Shown in pieces: positions 25,218 to 34,920 of a stretch of DNA of 64,000 nt; the stretch's first letter is position 1, and each line of letters starts with the position of its first letter. Under the pieces are notes generated by a model. That model had not been told where the DNA came from and searched no databases. It saw only the letters and a program-made list of their open reading frames with translations. The stretch comes from a virus, in IMG/VR virus record IMGVR_UViG_3300045988_074170; one strand, given 5' to 3'. Made by a program: the position numbers and the translations under genes.

Positions 25218-25754
25218 CTACTTCTTCTTTCCTTTGGCTTGAGCTTTCGCTTCTTCCTTTGGTTTATCGGCTTCCTTTTTAGGAACTGCCTCAGCAGGTT
25301 TCTTGGCGACAGCCGTTGTCGGCTTCTTCTCCATTACAACCACGCCAGTGAACTTTGTCTTCTCAGTCTTAACAACTTCATGACTCGGAGACTCCTCATC
25401 ACCTACTCCGTCCGCAACGGTAATCGCTGCCTCAGGACTTTCAGCACGAACCAAAATGAAGAACGGTTCTTTCACCACTTTACCCTTGTCGTTCTCGCTG
25501 AGAAGTTCAATCTTAACTTTGTAGAACGGGTCTTCATCAGCACAGCCGTCTGTCTTTTCAACACGCTGTATCTTTGACGGTTGAATCTTAGGAATAGAGA
25601 AGTCCTCTCCCTTGAATTGTTTGTTCATGAACTCCGTCACACGAGCCTCGGCTTCGGTGTAACTTTCAACTTGGAACAGCCACAGTTCCTTGACGGTCTT
25701 ATACGCATTGCGCTCGGTGACTGTCAACCGTTTTGTTCTTACTTCGAAAAACAT
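25218..25754 (-). CDS. hypothetical protein with a Lys/Ala/Pro-rich tail (possibly DUF4494-like)
   Basis: The ORF tail is KKPTTAVAKKPAEAVPKKEADKPKEEAKAQAKGKKK. Confidence 0.55.
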   Translation of the reverse strand: MFFEVRTKRLTVTERNAYKTVKELWLFQVESYTEAEARVTEFMNKQFKGEDFSIPKIQPSKIQRVEKTDGCADEDPFYKVKIELLSENDKGKVVKEPFFILVRAESPEAAITVADGVGDEESPSHEVVKTEKTKFTGVVVMEKKPTTAVAKKPAEAVPKKEADKPKEEAKAQAKGKKK

Positions 25755-25773
25755 AATCGTCTCTATTTAATGA

Positions 25774-25998
25774 TTAATAATCGTCATCCTCGTTCTTATT
25801 TCGCGAGAACAGCGTGATGTCTTTAATATCAACGTACCACCACTCGGTTCGGGTTGCACATTTGAACCTGTCGGGGAACTCGGCTCGTTTCGGATACGTA
25901 TCCAGTACGACGCACAAAGTGTTTTCTTTGAATTGATGACCGCTGTTATTATGGCGGATGCGTACAATGTCCCCTCTTCGGATTTGTTTCTGACTCAT
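25774..25998 (-). CDS. hypothetical protein (74 aa)
   Basis: ORF immediately downstream of the chaperonin gene. It is not GroES-like. Confidence 0.5.
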   Translation of the reverse strand: MSQKQIRRGDIVRIRHNNSGHQFKENTLCVVLDTYPKRAEFPDRFKCATRTEWWYVDIKDITLFSRNKNEDDDY

Positions 25999-26003
25999 AG
26001 TAT

Positions 26004-27623
26004 CTACTTTTTATTTGGTTCATCATTTGCGGACATAGCACAAGACGTATTCAGGAACTGAATAGCGACTGAAACAGAGTTTTCCAGGGACACTCTTGAC
26101 ACTTTCGCAGGGTCAATGATTCCTGCCTCAAACATATCTTCTATCTTCTCAGTAACAGGGTTGAAGCCTTTCCACCACATCGGGTCGTCGTTGTTTGTCA
26201 AGTCGACTTCGATACGGGTTGCGTTCACAGAAGCATTTTCACACAACTGATTGAACGGAGCCATCAACGCTTGAGCCACTACATTCCAACCGATAATGAA
26301 GTCAGGATGCTCCTCGTGAAGTGAAGGCATATTGCGTAGGTGGTCTGACGCTCTCAACTGTACCGTACCACCTCCGGGAACGTATCCCTCTTCCAACGCT
26401 GCCCGAGTTGCGGCAATAGCGTCGTCAACACGGTCTTTTCGCTCCTTCATCTCTACCTCACTGTCCGCACCTACATAAACGACGGCTGCTCCTCCTGTAA
26501 GTTTCGAAATACGTTCACGATACTTCTCTTGGTCGTAAGAGTTCGTATTCTCCTCCATTAGATGTTTAATAGCCTCTACTCTGGTATTTATATCGGCTTC
26601 CGTACCAACACCTCCTACGAGGATTGTACGATTAGTAGAAACGACTGTGCGTTCACACTCGCCCAGCCAGTCTGTACCGAGTTGGTCAAGCGGACGTCCA
26701 AACTCATCGCCTACCACCTTTGCACCTACCTTAACAGACAAGTCCTCTATCATGTCCTTCTGGATTTGACCATATCCGGGAGCCTTTACGAAACAGGCTT
26801 TTAACCCGTTCTGCTGCTGAATGTTTGTCACAAGAAACTTGATAACGTCATTAGACGCATTAGGAGCAACGATAAGAACGCTGCGTTTCGCTGAATAAAC
26901 TGTCTGAATGATAGGAAGGATTTCCTGGGGATAGTTGATGTTCTGTCCGAAGATGAGAATGTACGGCTTATCAAGCACGCATTCTATACGCTCTGGGTCT
27001 GTAACGAAATACGGGTTCACCAAGCCTTTCTCCCACTGAAAACCTGTGGTCACTTCAACTGTGGTTTCATTTCCCTTGCTGCTTTCCTCAACTGTAATCA
27101 CTCCGTCGTTTCCTACCTTTCCGATAGCCTCCGAAATGATACAACCAACCTCCAAATCACCGTTTGCGCTGATAGTGGCAATCTGATTTACACGGTCGAA
27201 CTCTGTCTCACCAATTTCCTTCGCCATCGCTTTGATGAACGAAACGGCTTCTGAACGAGCAGCCTCCATTCCTTCCTTGAAACGCTGTGGATTCTTGACA
27301 TTAGGAAGAACATTCATTCCCTCTTTAATGAGCGCACGGGTGAGGATTGTGGCTGTGGTTGTACCGTCACCAGCCTCGTCACAGGTCTTTGCCGCAACAG
27401 TCTTAACGAGCGTTGCTCCCATACGTTTCATCGGGTCGTCGGTATCGTACGCACGGGCAACAGTTACACCATCTTTCGTGATGTGAGGAATGCCATACCC
27501 TTTGTCAATGATTACTGAATGTCCCTTCGGACCGAGAGTAGAAGATACTGCATTAGCGAGTTCATCAATTCCTTCGAAAAGAGCCTCTTGAGCAGATTTG
27601 TTGAATAAAATCTTTACATTCAT
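26004..27623 (-). CDS. groEL: GroEL-type (group I) chaperonin
   Basis: Motifs are AAKTCDEAGDGTTTATILTRAL (ATP site) and GGAAVVYVGADSEVEMKERKDRVDDAIAATRAALEEGYVPGGG. There is no GGM tail. Confidence 0.9.
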   Translation of the reverse strand: MNVKILFNKSAQEALFEGIDELANAVSSTLGPKGHSVIIDKGYGIPHITKDGVTVARAYDTDDPMKRMGATLVKTVAAKTCDEAGDGTTTATILTRALIKEGMNVLPNVKNPQRFKEGMEAARSEAVSFIKAMAKEIGETEFDRVNQIATISANGDLEVGCIISEAIGKVGNDGVITVEESSKGNETTVEVTTGFQWEKGLVNPYFVTDPERIECVLDKPYILIFGQNINYPQEILPIIQTVYSAKRSVLIVAPNASNDVIKFLVTNIQQQNGLKACFVKAPGYGQIQKDMIEDLSVKVGAKVVGDEFGRPLDQLGTDWLGECERTVVSTNRTILVGGVGTEADINTRVEAIKHLMEENTNSYDQEKYRERISKLTGGAAVVYVGADSEVEMKERKDRVDDAIAATRAALEEGYVPGGGTVQLRASDHLRNMPSLHEEHPDFIIGWNVVAQALMAPFNQLCENASVNATRIEVDLTNNDDPMWWKGFNPVTEKIEDMFEAGIIDPAKVSRVSLENSVSVAIQFLNTSCAMSANDEPNKK

Positions 27624-27644
27624 ATTTATTACACTTAATCGATT

Positions 27645-27691
27645 TTTATTTAAAAACGCCCAGTCCCGGAGTCAGGTTCCGAAGACTGGGC
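27645..27691 (-). terminator. intrinsic terminator after the RNR gene
   Basis: 8-bp stem gcccagtc/gactgggc at 27658..27691. The sense strand continues GTTTTTAAATAAAAAT. Confidence 0.65.
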
Positions 27692-27702
27692 AATTTCTTG
27701 AT

Positions 27703-30700
27703 TTATTTCTTCGGTCGCTGTGGTATTTCGCACGCACCTCCGGCACAGGCTGTCGCAATTTCACTTCCAGCCTGTTTAAGCGGTTCTTCCCATACGATGT
27801 TATCGTAGGAAACAGGCTTCATTCGACAGATGGCTTGCCACTTGTGGTATGCGTTCACGTGCTTCAAACAGTACGATGTCTTCTGACGGTCGCCTTCCAT
27901 ATACTTGTCGGCAAACGAATTGAAGCGACGCACCCAATCCAACCGTCTTTCAACACGTCGTTTCAGGTAGTCAATAACACAGTTCACGTCTGAGAAACAG
28001 ATACCGTCAATGTCAACGAGGAAACGTCCGTCCTTAATATTCTCAACAACGAAGTCGGCTATCTGTTTGTCGTTGATTGTAAGCAACTGTGGAGCCAACC
28101 CCATCGCTGCGTTACAGGCTTCCCAAACATCTTTGAACACGTCATTCGCATCAACGATAAGACCGCTCGACAGAATTGCTCCTGCTCCGTAGCGTTCCGC
28201 CAACTCAACCTCGTCAAGAACTTCGGTGTACGGTGCTTGAGGATAGTCCAAATCACCGAATGATGATAACAGGCTGATACCACCAAACTGGTCACGATGT
28301 TCCCACAGGAACTCCCGTACTTCATCCCATTCATCTGGGCGAACTGTACAGGTATTTGACACGTTCATTCGAAGTTTCGGATTGTCAAGTGTAGAAGGAT
28401 GAGTCAGGTTCGTACCGTACTCAATCCAGTTCTGTTTCGTTAAGAGAACATATTTCAGGAATTCAATTGCTGTCAGGTTCTGTTTCAGCAACGCTCCTTC
28501 GGGAAGTGTAACAGGGAAAGCGATAACCTTTTCACGGTCAGGAGCCCAAACGCTCGCTTCTACCATATCCGGATTGACACGTTCCCACTCTTGAACAGCC
28601 TGTTCAGTATCCGCAGCCTGAATGTGACGAATGTAGTGACGAGCGTGTCCGGCAGTTATTCCTGACAAGGTTCCAAGGAGTTGTGAACTGTTCCCAGACG
28701 GCTTCACAACTGTACACCGTGCAGCCTCGTTGATACCTATCATTCGTGCAATCTTCTTGTTGGTCTCTACAACGATTTGAGCACCACGCTTCTGTACTTC
28801 TGGGTCGAACAGGATAGCAGGGTTCTCACAGAGACCCGTAATGCCCACACCGATAAGAGCGTCCCGCTCGGCTATCAACTGTGACCATTTCTCAAGCACA
28901 CGGAAATTCGTGTAACCAGCCTGCAGGGTACAGATAACAGAAGCAGCTTCGCACGCATCGTAGAAGTCTTGCTCGCTCTGAACTTTTCCCCCGTTGATTT
29001 CCGCTAAATTACAGAATCCCCATCCTGAATGCGTAACTCCATCTTCGTCTTTAATTTGAGGGAACATTCCCACCTCGCCACAATTATGAACTAAAACTCC
29101 AGTACAATTTTCATAATTTTCATCACCTTTTGTAATGATATAAAAATTATGATTATCTTCCACAGTTAAATCATAAACAGGCTCTACACCACAAGCGACA
29201 ACAGATTCAACCCTAACAGAAATTTCTATTGATTCCTTCTCAGGCTTGATATATTCCCTTTCGTCAACTTCTTCAATATAAGGTTGTCCAGAAAGAACTA
29301 AATTTCTTAAGTTTTCAATCTTTCCACCAAACCTATTCTTGGACAAATTTTTAGGAAAACGACTGTCTAATTTATTGCAATTTGCACAAGAAATATATCC
29401 ACCGTTCTCATGAACTTTCTTGGCAATTTCATATAACTCTTTATTTGTTAACCCCTTGTATCTTCCGTTCTTTTCAAGAGTTGTAGAAATTGACATATTA
29501 TGAGAATATGCTTTCACATCTTTTCTTCTAAACATCGGGTTATTTTCACCTAATCTTTCAGAAGCTGATTTTTCTTGATGTTTCCCCCTTTCAAGCAAAT
29601 GTAAGTTTTCAATAAAATCTCCTTTGCCATTTTCAATGTGGTCAATATCAAACCCTTCAGGAACATCCCCATTAAAATATTCCCAAATCATTCGGTATTG
29701 ACGCGCATACCCATTACTTCGAGAACAAATTGTCCGATATTTTTCTTTTATCGTAAAGAAAGGTTGAAGTTCTTTCCCAACACACTTACATGCTTCCAAA
29801 TAAGTTCCATCTTTCAAAGCAAGTTTATGATTTGGGGTGCACTTAAATTTCGTTCCGTCCGAAAGTGTTACTTCAACAACTTCCTTATCACCTGTTTTAA
29901 ATGCTATTGCCTTTTTAATTTCAGGTTTCCATCTTTTCGAATTGCGTCCAGCTTTGTCAACCCACTTTCCAGAATACACGGGAAATTCTTTTACATTTTC
30001 CGCCAATTCTTTTATAGAAACGGCATTCCTTCCATCAGCAACCGCCACAAGAGTTTCCCCCGTAAAACAAGGATTATATACAAAGTCTGTCTTATCAATG
30101 AACACGAATCCAGGCTCCCCATACAATTTCGTGAATTCAAATATTGAATCAAATGTTTCCTTTGGGGTATCCGGAAGAATAGCAGCGGAATTATTACTTC
30201 GACAAAGTTCTGGCATCGTTGAAATCCAATTTCCTGTCTTACAAGAAGCCATTTCAGCATCATCAGCATCAAAGATACTTATCATCGCTGAACGTCGAAC
30301 TCCCCCTGTAACGACGCTATTCGCACAGATACAGATAAGATAGTGAAGTTCAAACGGTCTCAATTTCCGTCCTTTAATACGTGTAATGATGTGGTGGCAC
30401 TTCTCTATCGCCTGACGCAACGGTTCGGGTCCAGGAGCCTTGAATCCCCCTCTGATGTATGCACCTTTCGGGCGGATTGCTGAATAGTCAAACTCAATGT
30501 CCGCACCACCATAATAGTAAGCGGTCATCATCTTACCAACAGCCTCTGCCCACCCCTCAATCGTATCAGGTATCACGAATTTCTCAGCCTGTTTCGAGTT
30601 ATCAAATCCTTTGGGCACAGGAAGTCTATCCGTGTGAATGTGCTGAACGCTGTAACCTGTCCCAGCACCACAGAGCAACAGATACATGATTTCCTCGAAT

Positions 30701-31032
30701 ACGCATACACGGTCGACATAGGTAGAGGAACAGTTATAGAAGCGAGCGTGTTTCTCTAACATCAATTCCCCACCATACTGTAATGCACGCTGGGCTCCCA
30801 ATACACGCTGCTCAGAATACAGGCTGTATGCATGAGCAAACATCTTACTGAACTCAGCCTCATCCTCAGGCTTTAATCTACCGGAATAGCGTTTCAAGTG
30901 CATATCCATTACTCTGTTCACGGCATCCTGCCATGTTTCCTTTTTCCCATCATGGGTTTGGGAATACTTGCTCAAAAACACGTACTCCCCGACCACTGGT
31001 CGACTGTCCTTTTCAATCATGTTTCTCTTCAA
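27703..31032 (-). CDS. nrdJ: class II (adenosylcobalamin-type) ribonucleotide reductase interrupted by an intein
   Basis: The exteins join as ...DFVYNP + CGEVGMF, restoring the NPCGE catalytic motif. The C-terminal redox pair is CAGGAC. Confidence 0.85.
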   Translation of the reverse strand: MKRNMIEKDSRPVVGEYVFLSKYSQTHDGKKETWQDAVNRVMDMHLKRYSGRLKPEDEAEFSKMFAHAYSLYSEQRVLGAQRALQYGGELMLEKHARFYNCSSTYVDRVCVFEEIMYLLLCGAGTGYSVQHIHTDRLPVPKGFDNSKQAEKFVIPDTIEGWAEAVGKMMTAYYYGGADIEFDYSAIRPKGAYIRGGFKAPGPEPLRQAIEKCHHIITRIKGRKLRPFELHYLICICANSVVTGGVRRSAMISIFDADDAEMASCKTGNWISTMPELCRSNNSAAILPDTPKETFDSIFEFTKLYGEPGFVFIDKTDFVYNPCFTGETLVAVADGRNAVSIKELAENVKEFPVYSGKWVDKAGRNSKRWKPEIKKAIAFKTGDKEVVEVTLSDGTKFKCTPNHKLALKDGTYLEACKCVGKELQPFFTIKEKYRTICSRSNGYARQYRMIWEYFNGDVPEGFDIDHIENGKGDFIENLHLLERGKHQEKSASERLGENNPMFRRKDVKAYSHNMSISTTLEKNGRYKGLTNKELYEIAKKVHENGGYISCANCNKLDSRFPKNLSKNRFGGKIENLRNLVLSGQPYIEEVDEREYIKPEKESIEISVRVESVVACGVEPVYDLTVEDNHNFYIITKGDENYENCTGVLVHNCGEVGMFPQIKDEDGVTHSGWGFCNLAEINGGKVQSEQDFYDACEAASVICTLQAGYTNFRVLEKWSQLIAERDALIGVGITGLCENPAILFDPEVQKRGAQIVVETNKKIARMIGINEAARCTVVKPSGNSSQLLGTLSGITAGHARHYIRHIQAADTEQAVQEWERVNPDMVEASVWAPDREKVIAFPVTLPEGALLKQNLTAIEFLKYVLLTKQNWIEYGTNLTHPSTLDNPKLRMNVSNTCTVRPDEWDEVREFLWEHRDQFGGISLLSSFGDLDYPQAPYTEVLDEVELAERYGAGAILSSGLIVDANDVFKDVWEACNAAMGLAPQLLTINDKQIADFVVENIKDGRFLVDIDGICFSDVNCVIDYLKRRVERRLDWVRRFNSFADKYMEGDRQKTSYCLKHVNAYHKWQAICRMKPVSYDNIVWEEPLKQAGSEIATACAGGACEIPQRPKK
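29083..30069 (-). mobile_element. intein (329 aa) with an HNH-type endonuclease insert, in the RNR active-site motif
   Basis: The intein starts CFTGETLVAVADG (Cys codon 30069..30067) and ends GVLVHN (Asn codon 29085..29083). The +1 residue is Cys. Internally it carries DIDHIENGKGDFIENLHLLERGKH. Confidence 0.85.
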
Positions 31033-31462
31033 TTTTCTTGGTTCTCTTTTTACGAACTGTTTTGGGCTTCGGTGCGGGTTCTTCCTTGCGTTCTGCTATA
31101 ATGCAGCACGGCATCGACGAACCCAGCGTCAAAGCGAGCACGTCAGGGGTTCCCAACGCTTTGTCTTTCGCTCTGGCTTCCGAAACAATAGACGCAAATA
31201 TACTACTTTCTACTTCAAGATACAAGGGTTGAGGTCGGTACGTGTTCTCATTCCCGGATTCCTGCTTCGCCATTTCAATGCGAACCCGTTCAGCCTGGAA
31301 ATGAGTTTCAAGAATTTCTTTCGTAGGTAGAAATCCTGCGAAAGCCTTAATCTTCTTGCACGCCAACAGGCAGACTTTCACTGACTGTTTACCACCCTCG
31401 TACACTTGATGAGGAACCATCAGATACAGGTCGATTGGGGTCTGTTTCTTTACTTCTTCCAT
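31013..31462 (-). CDS. hypothetical protein with a basic tail (149 aa)
   Basis: ORF with the tail PKPKTVRKKRTKKIEEKHD. Confidence 0.55.
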   Translation of the reverse strand: MEEVKKQTPIDLYLMVPHQVYEGGKQSVKVCLLACKKIKAFAGFLPTKEILETHFQAERVRIEMAKQESGNENTYRPQPLYLEVESSIFASIVSEARAKDKALGTPDVLALTLGSSMPCCIIAERKEEPAPKPKTVRKKRTKKIEEKHD

Positions 31463-31474
31463 AATTCAAATTAT

Positions 31475-33979
31475 TTAACAATATATTAAACTCTTTCTCG
31501 CACGTGTTATAGCCACGAATTGGAGACACTTTTCAGCATATAAAGCCAGTTCAGTTGTCGCATACTTACTTGGTAGGAGTTCCGGCTGAAGAAAGAATAT
31601 TCTGTCTGCTTCCAACCCCTTACTTTTGTGAATGGTCGACAGCGTGATACCACGACTGGCGTTCTCTACAAATATATCGTAAATCCGGGAGCGCACGGTT
31701 TCCAAATCACCGAAATATTCGTACAGGCTCAACAAAACATTCACTTTCTCATTCAACTTGTCGTATGCCTCACACTTGGTTGGACTCTTAACTCCCTTCT
31801 TCTGCAACTTACTTATCATGTTCTCAAGAACCTGTTCAAGCCCCCATACGTCCTCGACGCTGTCTATGAGCGATACAAGTTCATCACCGAATTCCTTCCC
31901 AAGAATTGTGCACTTCTTCCCCTGCCGTAACAGGGTGATGAAAGCGTCAACCAACGGAGCGTTATTCCGGCACAGAATGAAATCCCCTTCCTGAGCGTCC
32001 TTAAATGTACCGTCCCCAACGAACCCTTTAACCGCTCCAGGAGCAGCCACTATACCATCGGGGAACACTTTACAGGCTTCGGCAACTATATCCTGGGCAC
32101 AACGATATGTCATTGACAGAGGCAACGTCACTGTATTAGGAGCATTCTTGATAGCCTGTAACGAGTCAAGATTACTCCCCATGAATGAATAGATTGACTG
32201 CTTTTCATCCCCTACTGCTATCAGGCGACCTCGTGGCGTCTTGCACATCTTCACGACCTCGAACTGTAATGGGCTGATATCCTGACACTCGTCAAGCATA
32301 ACGACATTGTACTGTTTGAAGTCTTCCCGATGAACGTATTGAGTCGCATAATATAACATATCGGTAAAGTCCATAGGGAGTTTCCCTCCCCCACCTTTTA
32401 GGAAGTAATTATCGGCAATCCTTTTGTTAAGCATACGGAGCTCTATTGCTCTCTTAGCGAGTTCTTCGTCAGCGTCCTCACCGTACCTCTCCCCCAATGC
32501 TATTATTGCCTCTATATCGTCTGGTACGAGGTTAAATCTCATGAGGTCATAGAGCCTACATACTTTCATTATTATTCCGGGAATGCGCTTCGGGTGAACC
32601 CCTTTGAATTCCATCTTCTCTTTCGCCAGATTGAAATTCTTTGAATCACTCAGGCTGAAATTCAGGCTGAATGCTTTGCACAGGGACGACAGCGCACAGG
32701 AGTGAAGTGTCTGAGCCTTTACAGTTCTTGGAAGCCTCTGCCCAAGTTCTTCAGCTATTGACTTATTGAAAGCCAAGAAGATTGAACTCTTTATAGGAGG
32801 AGTCATCTCCGCTAACTTGCACAGGGTGAATGTCTTCCCAGAATTATGAGTAATAGTAAAATCCCCTAATAGATATCTATTATCCCCATCAACAGTAAAA
32901 CCAAACCACGCACCCTTTCCAATAGGTTTTAAAGAAAATCCAGTGTGAAGCACATCTTTTATTTGTTTTCTCTTACTTGCCTTTTTTCGTGAAAGAATGT
33001 TAGGAATAATCTCTGTATGACCCGAAATCCCTATTCTAAAATAATATGCTTCAAAATTTCTTGATTTAATTGTTGAACGTTTCCATTTATAAGACGGATA
33101 TAACCCTAATGAACGAACTAAGTAAACAATTCCCTCTCCCAAGGACTCCCATTTCGTTGAAATTGAAAAACAACATCCATCACTTTTCTTATATCCATCG
33201 CCATCAATAAGTCCAGCAAGAAGTCTTAATCTGTTCTCCACTGAATTAATCAGATAATTTTGAGGAATGAAAACATTTCCCAATTCATCAATGCATTTCT
33301 TAAATTCCTCCCTAAAAATATTTTTAGAACCGCACCCCACAAATCTTACCTGAACACAATTTTCACTATCATCTTTTATTTTGCATTCAATTCCTTTTGG
33401 AAGAGGATAAGATAAAAGATAATCAATAATATCTGAATCCTGTTTACATATACTAAAATATGGATTTCCTTTGTGCTTCGTTCCTTCTGCAAGCCATAAC
33501 CCTAACAAATAAGGGTCAATAGGGATGGTTTCCTCCTTAAATTCGACACCTGTTCTGACAAGTTTTAAATGACCAATTTCGCCATTATTTTTCTGAAATT
33601 TTAAAATTTCTTTAATATGTTTGTCAACTATATCAGAAGTCTTTGCCGAATTATATAGCCTCATTGAACGAGTAATATATTGGTCATGAACAGTAAAAAT
33701 ATGCTCATCATTACATATCCATTTTTCACCCTTTTTCGGAGAAACTTCATACAAATTAGAAATTCCGCTATCAATTTTCAAAACATTTCTTGGGCAAGAA
33801 TCTGGTCCCATTAATACGTCTCCAACGCAAATTTCTTGAGACAATTTTGTTGAACCATCAAACATTAAAACCTTGACATCTTTTCCAAGACATCCAGCCG
33901 TTGCGCTGACGAAAATGTTCCTGTTCGTACTTTGGTATTCGTCAACTATCGCCTGTTTATATTCGTCCAATTTCGCCAT
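31475..33979 (-). CDS. UvrD/PcrA-family (SF1) helicase interrupted by an intein in the Walker A motif
   Basis: The exteins join as SATAG + SGKTFTL. Other motifs are VVMLDECQDISPLQ, TIHKSKGLEADRIF and VAITRARKSL. Confidence 0.85.
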   Translation of the reverse strand: MAKLDEYKQAIVDEYQSTNRNIFVSATAGCLGKDVKVLMFDGSTKLSQEICVGDVLMGPDSCPRNVLKIDSGISNLYEVSPKKGEKWICNDEHIFTVHDQYITRSMRLYNSAKTSDIVDKHIKEILKFQKNNGEIGHLKLVRTGVEFKEETIPIDPYLLGLWLAEGTKHKGNPYFSICKQDSDIIDYLLSYPLPKGIECKIKDDSENCVQVRFVGCGSKNIFREEFKKCIDELGNVFIPQNYLINSVENRLRLLAGLIDGDGYKKSDGCCFSISTKWESLGEGIVYLVRSLGLYPSYKWKRSTIKSRNFEAYYFRIGISGHTEIIPNILSRKKASKRKQIKDVLHTGFSLKPIGKGAWFGFTVDGDNRYLLGDFTITHNSGKTFTLCKLAEMTPPIKSSIFLAFNKSIAEELGQRLPRTVKAQTLHSCALSSLCKAFSLNFSLSDSKNFNLAKEKMEFKGVHPKRIPGIIMKVCRLYDLMRFNLVPDDIEAIIALGERYGEDADEELAKRAIELRMLNKRIADNYFLKGGGGKLPMDFTDMLYYATQYVHREDFKQYNVVMLDECQDISPLQFEVVKMCKTPRGRLIAVGDEKQSIYSFMGSNLDSLQAIKNAPNTVTLPLSMTYRCAQDIVAEACKVFPDGIVAAPGAVKGFVGDGTFKDAQEGDFILCRNNAPLVDAFITLLRQGKKCTILGKEFGDELVSLIDSVEDVWGLEQVLENMISKLQKKGVKSPTKCEAYDKLNEKVNVLLSLYEYFGDLETVRSRIYDIFVENASRGITLSTIHKSKGLEADRIFFLQPELLPSKYATTELALYAEKCLQFVAITRARKSLIYC
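32843..33892 (-). mobile_element. intein (350 aa) with a LAGLIDADG homing endonuclease domain
   Basis: The intein starts CLGKDVKVLMFDG (Cys codon 33892..33890) and ends FTITHN (Asn codon 32845..32843). The +1 residue is Ser. The LAGLIDADG blocks are LLGLWLAEGT and LLAGLIDGDGY. Confidence 0.85.
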
Positions 33980-33980
33980 A

Positions 33981-34691
33981 CTAAATCGTTTCTATTTGTA
34001 GTTTAACATCCAATTTTCCACTGTAATAAGCGTCGAACAGAGCCGTTCCGTTCAGTCTGTCGAACAATTCTTCTTCGGTCGCATAGTAACAGTCTCCTAA
34101 TAGAAGAATGTCTCCCATCTTATTCAATTCTTCGTACCTTTCGGTCTTCTCAATAAACACAACATCAGAACCCTCATGGTGGAACCAACTGAACCCCTCA
34201 AGAGGCTTGTCCTGAACGTAACTGTCTTGCGTCTTATAATTCGCCAGAGCGTCCGCACAGGCATTACCGTAAACCAACGGGTCGGACAGGTCTTTCCCGT
34301 GTCCGTTGATGTGTGATATATCGAACACCATCTTTCGACGGCTTTCAATTTCTTTCAGGATTTCTTTCCAAAGTTCAGGATTCTTAACTCCCCACCACCC
34401 GTTGGCTCGCCATTGTGAAAGTAGGGACTTCTTGAAGGCATTCACCACGAACTCGCTGTCGGCTACGACATGAACCTTTGTATAGACGTCTGGGTCTATC
34501 ATCTGTATCGCTGCCAGCAACGCTTTCATCTCCATACGGGAGGTCGTCGTGTTCCAGAAGCCTCTTCTCAGGTGTATCTCCTGATTTCCATAAGGAATGT
34601 ACACCCCAAACCCACCTAATTTCCTGTCGCTTTTTGCATTACAACTTCCGTCGGTGAATATTGTTATATTAATCCTCTCTTTTGGAACCAT
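33981..34691 (-). CDS. rnhA: RNase H (type 1) with a C-terminal extension
   Basis: Motifs are ITIFTDGSC, SRMEMKALLAAI, VVADSEFVVNAF, INGHGK and NACADALAN. The ORF-track start at 34700 is a TTG; the ATG is at 34691. Confidence 0.8.
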   Translation of the reverse strand: MVPKERINITIFTDGSCNAKSDRKLGGFGVYIPYGNQEIHLRRGFWNTTTSRMEMKALLAAIQMIDPDVYTKVHVVADSEFVVNAFKKSLLSQWRANGWWGVKNPELWKEILKEIESRRKMVFDISHINGHGKDLSDPLVYGNACADALANYKTQDSYVQDKPLEGFSWFHHEGSDVVFIEKTERYEELNKMGDILLLGDCYYATEEELFDRLNGTALFDAYYSGKLDVKLQIETI

Positions 34692-34692
34692 A

Positions 34693-34863
34693 TCACTCAA
34701 CCTTTCTTATCTTTAAGCCGTGTATGGTTTGCCACCCCTGTAACCGAAGAGCGTCCTCAACCTTGTCCGCACTGACAGCCATAACAAATTCCGACTGTTG
34801 CTTAATTTGTCCTTTACGTTCTTTCGTACCGAAGAACTTTGCTTTGAATTGAATTTTGTCCAT
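34693..34863 (-). CDS. small protein (56 aa), below the ORF-track cutoff
   Basis: From the ATG at 34863 it reads MDKIQFKAKFFGTKERKGQIKQQSEFVMAVSADKVEDALRLQGWQTIHGLKIRKVE. Its TGA at 34695..34693 abuts the RNase H start. Confidence 0.4.
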   Translation of the reverse strand: MDKIQFKAKFFGTKERKGQIKQQSEFVMAVSADKVEDALRLQGWQTIHGLKIRKVE

Positions 34864-34920
34864 TGTTATCACTAAATTATTTGATAATTACATAACGGCT
34901 CCCGATGGCTCGAGTTTCCG

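Noticed and set aside
25774-25998. Possible GroES co-chaperonin next to the GroEL gene.
   Set aside because: The 74-aa sequence MSQKQIRRGDIVRIRHNN... has no GroES-like mobile loop or beta-barrel signature. At most it is SH3/KOW-like.
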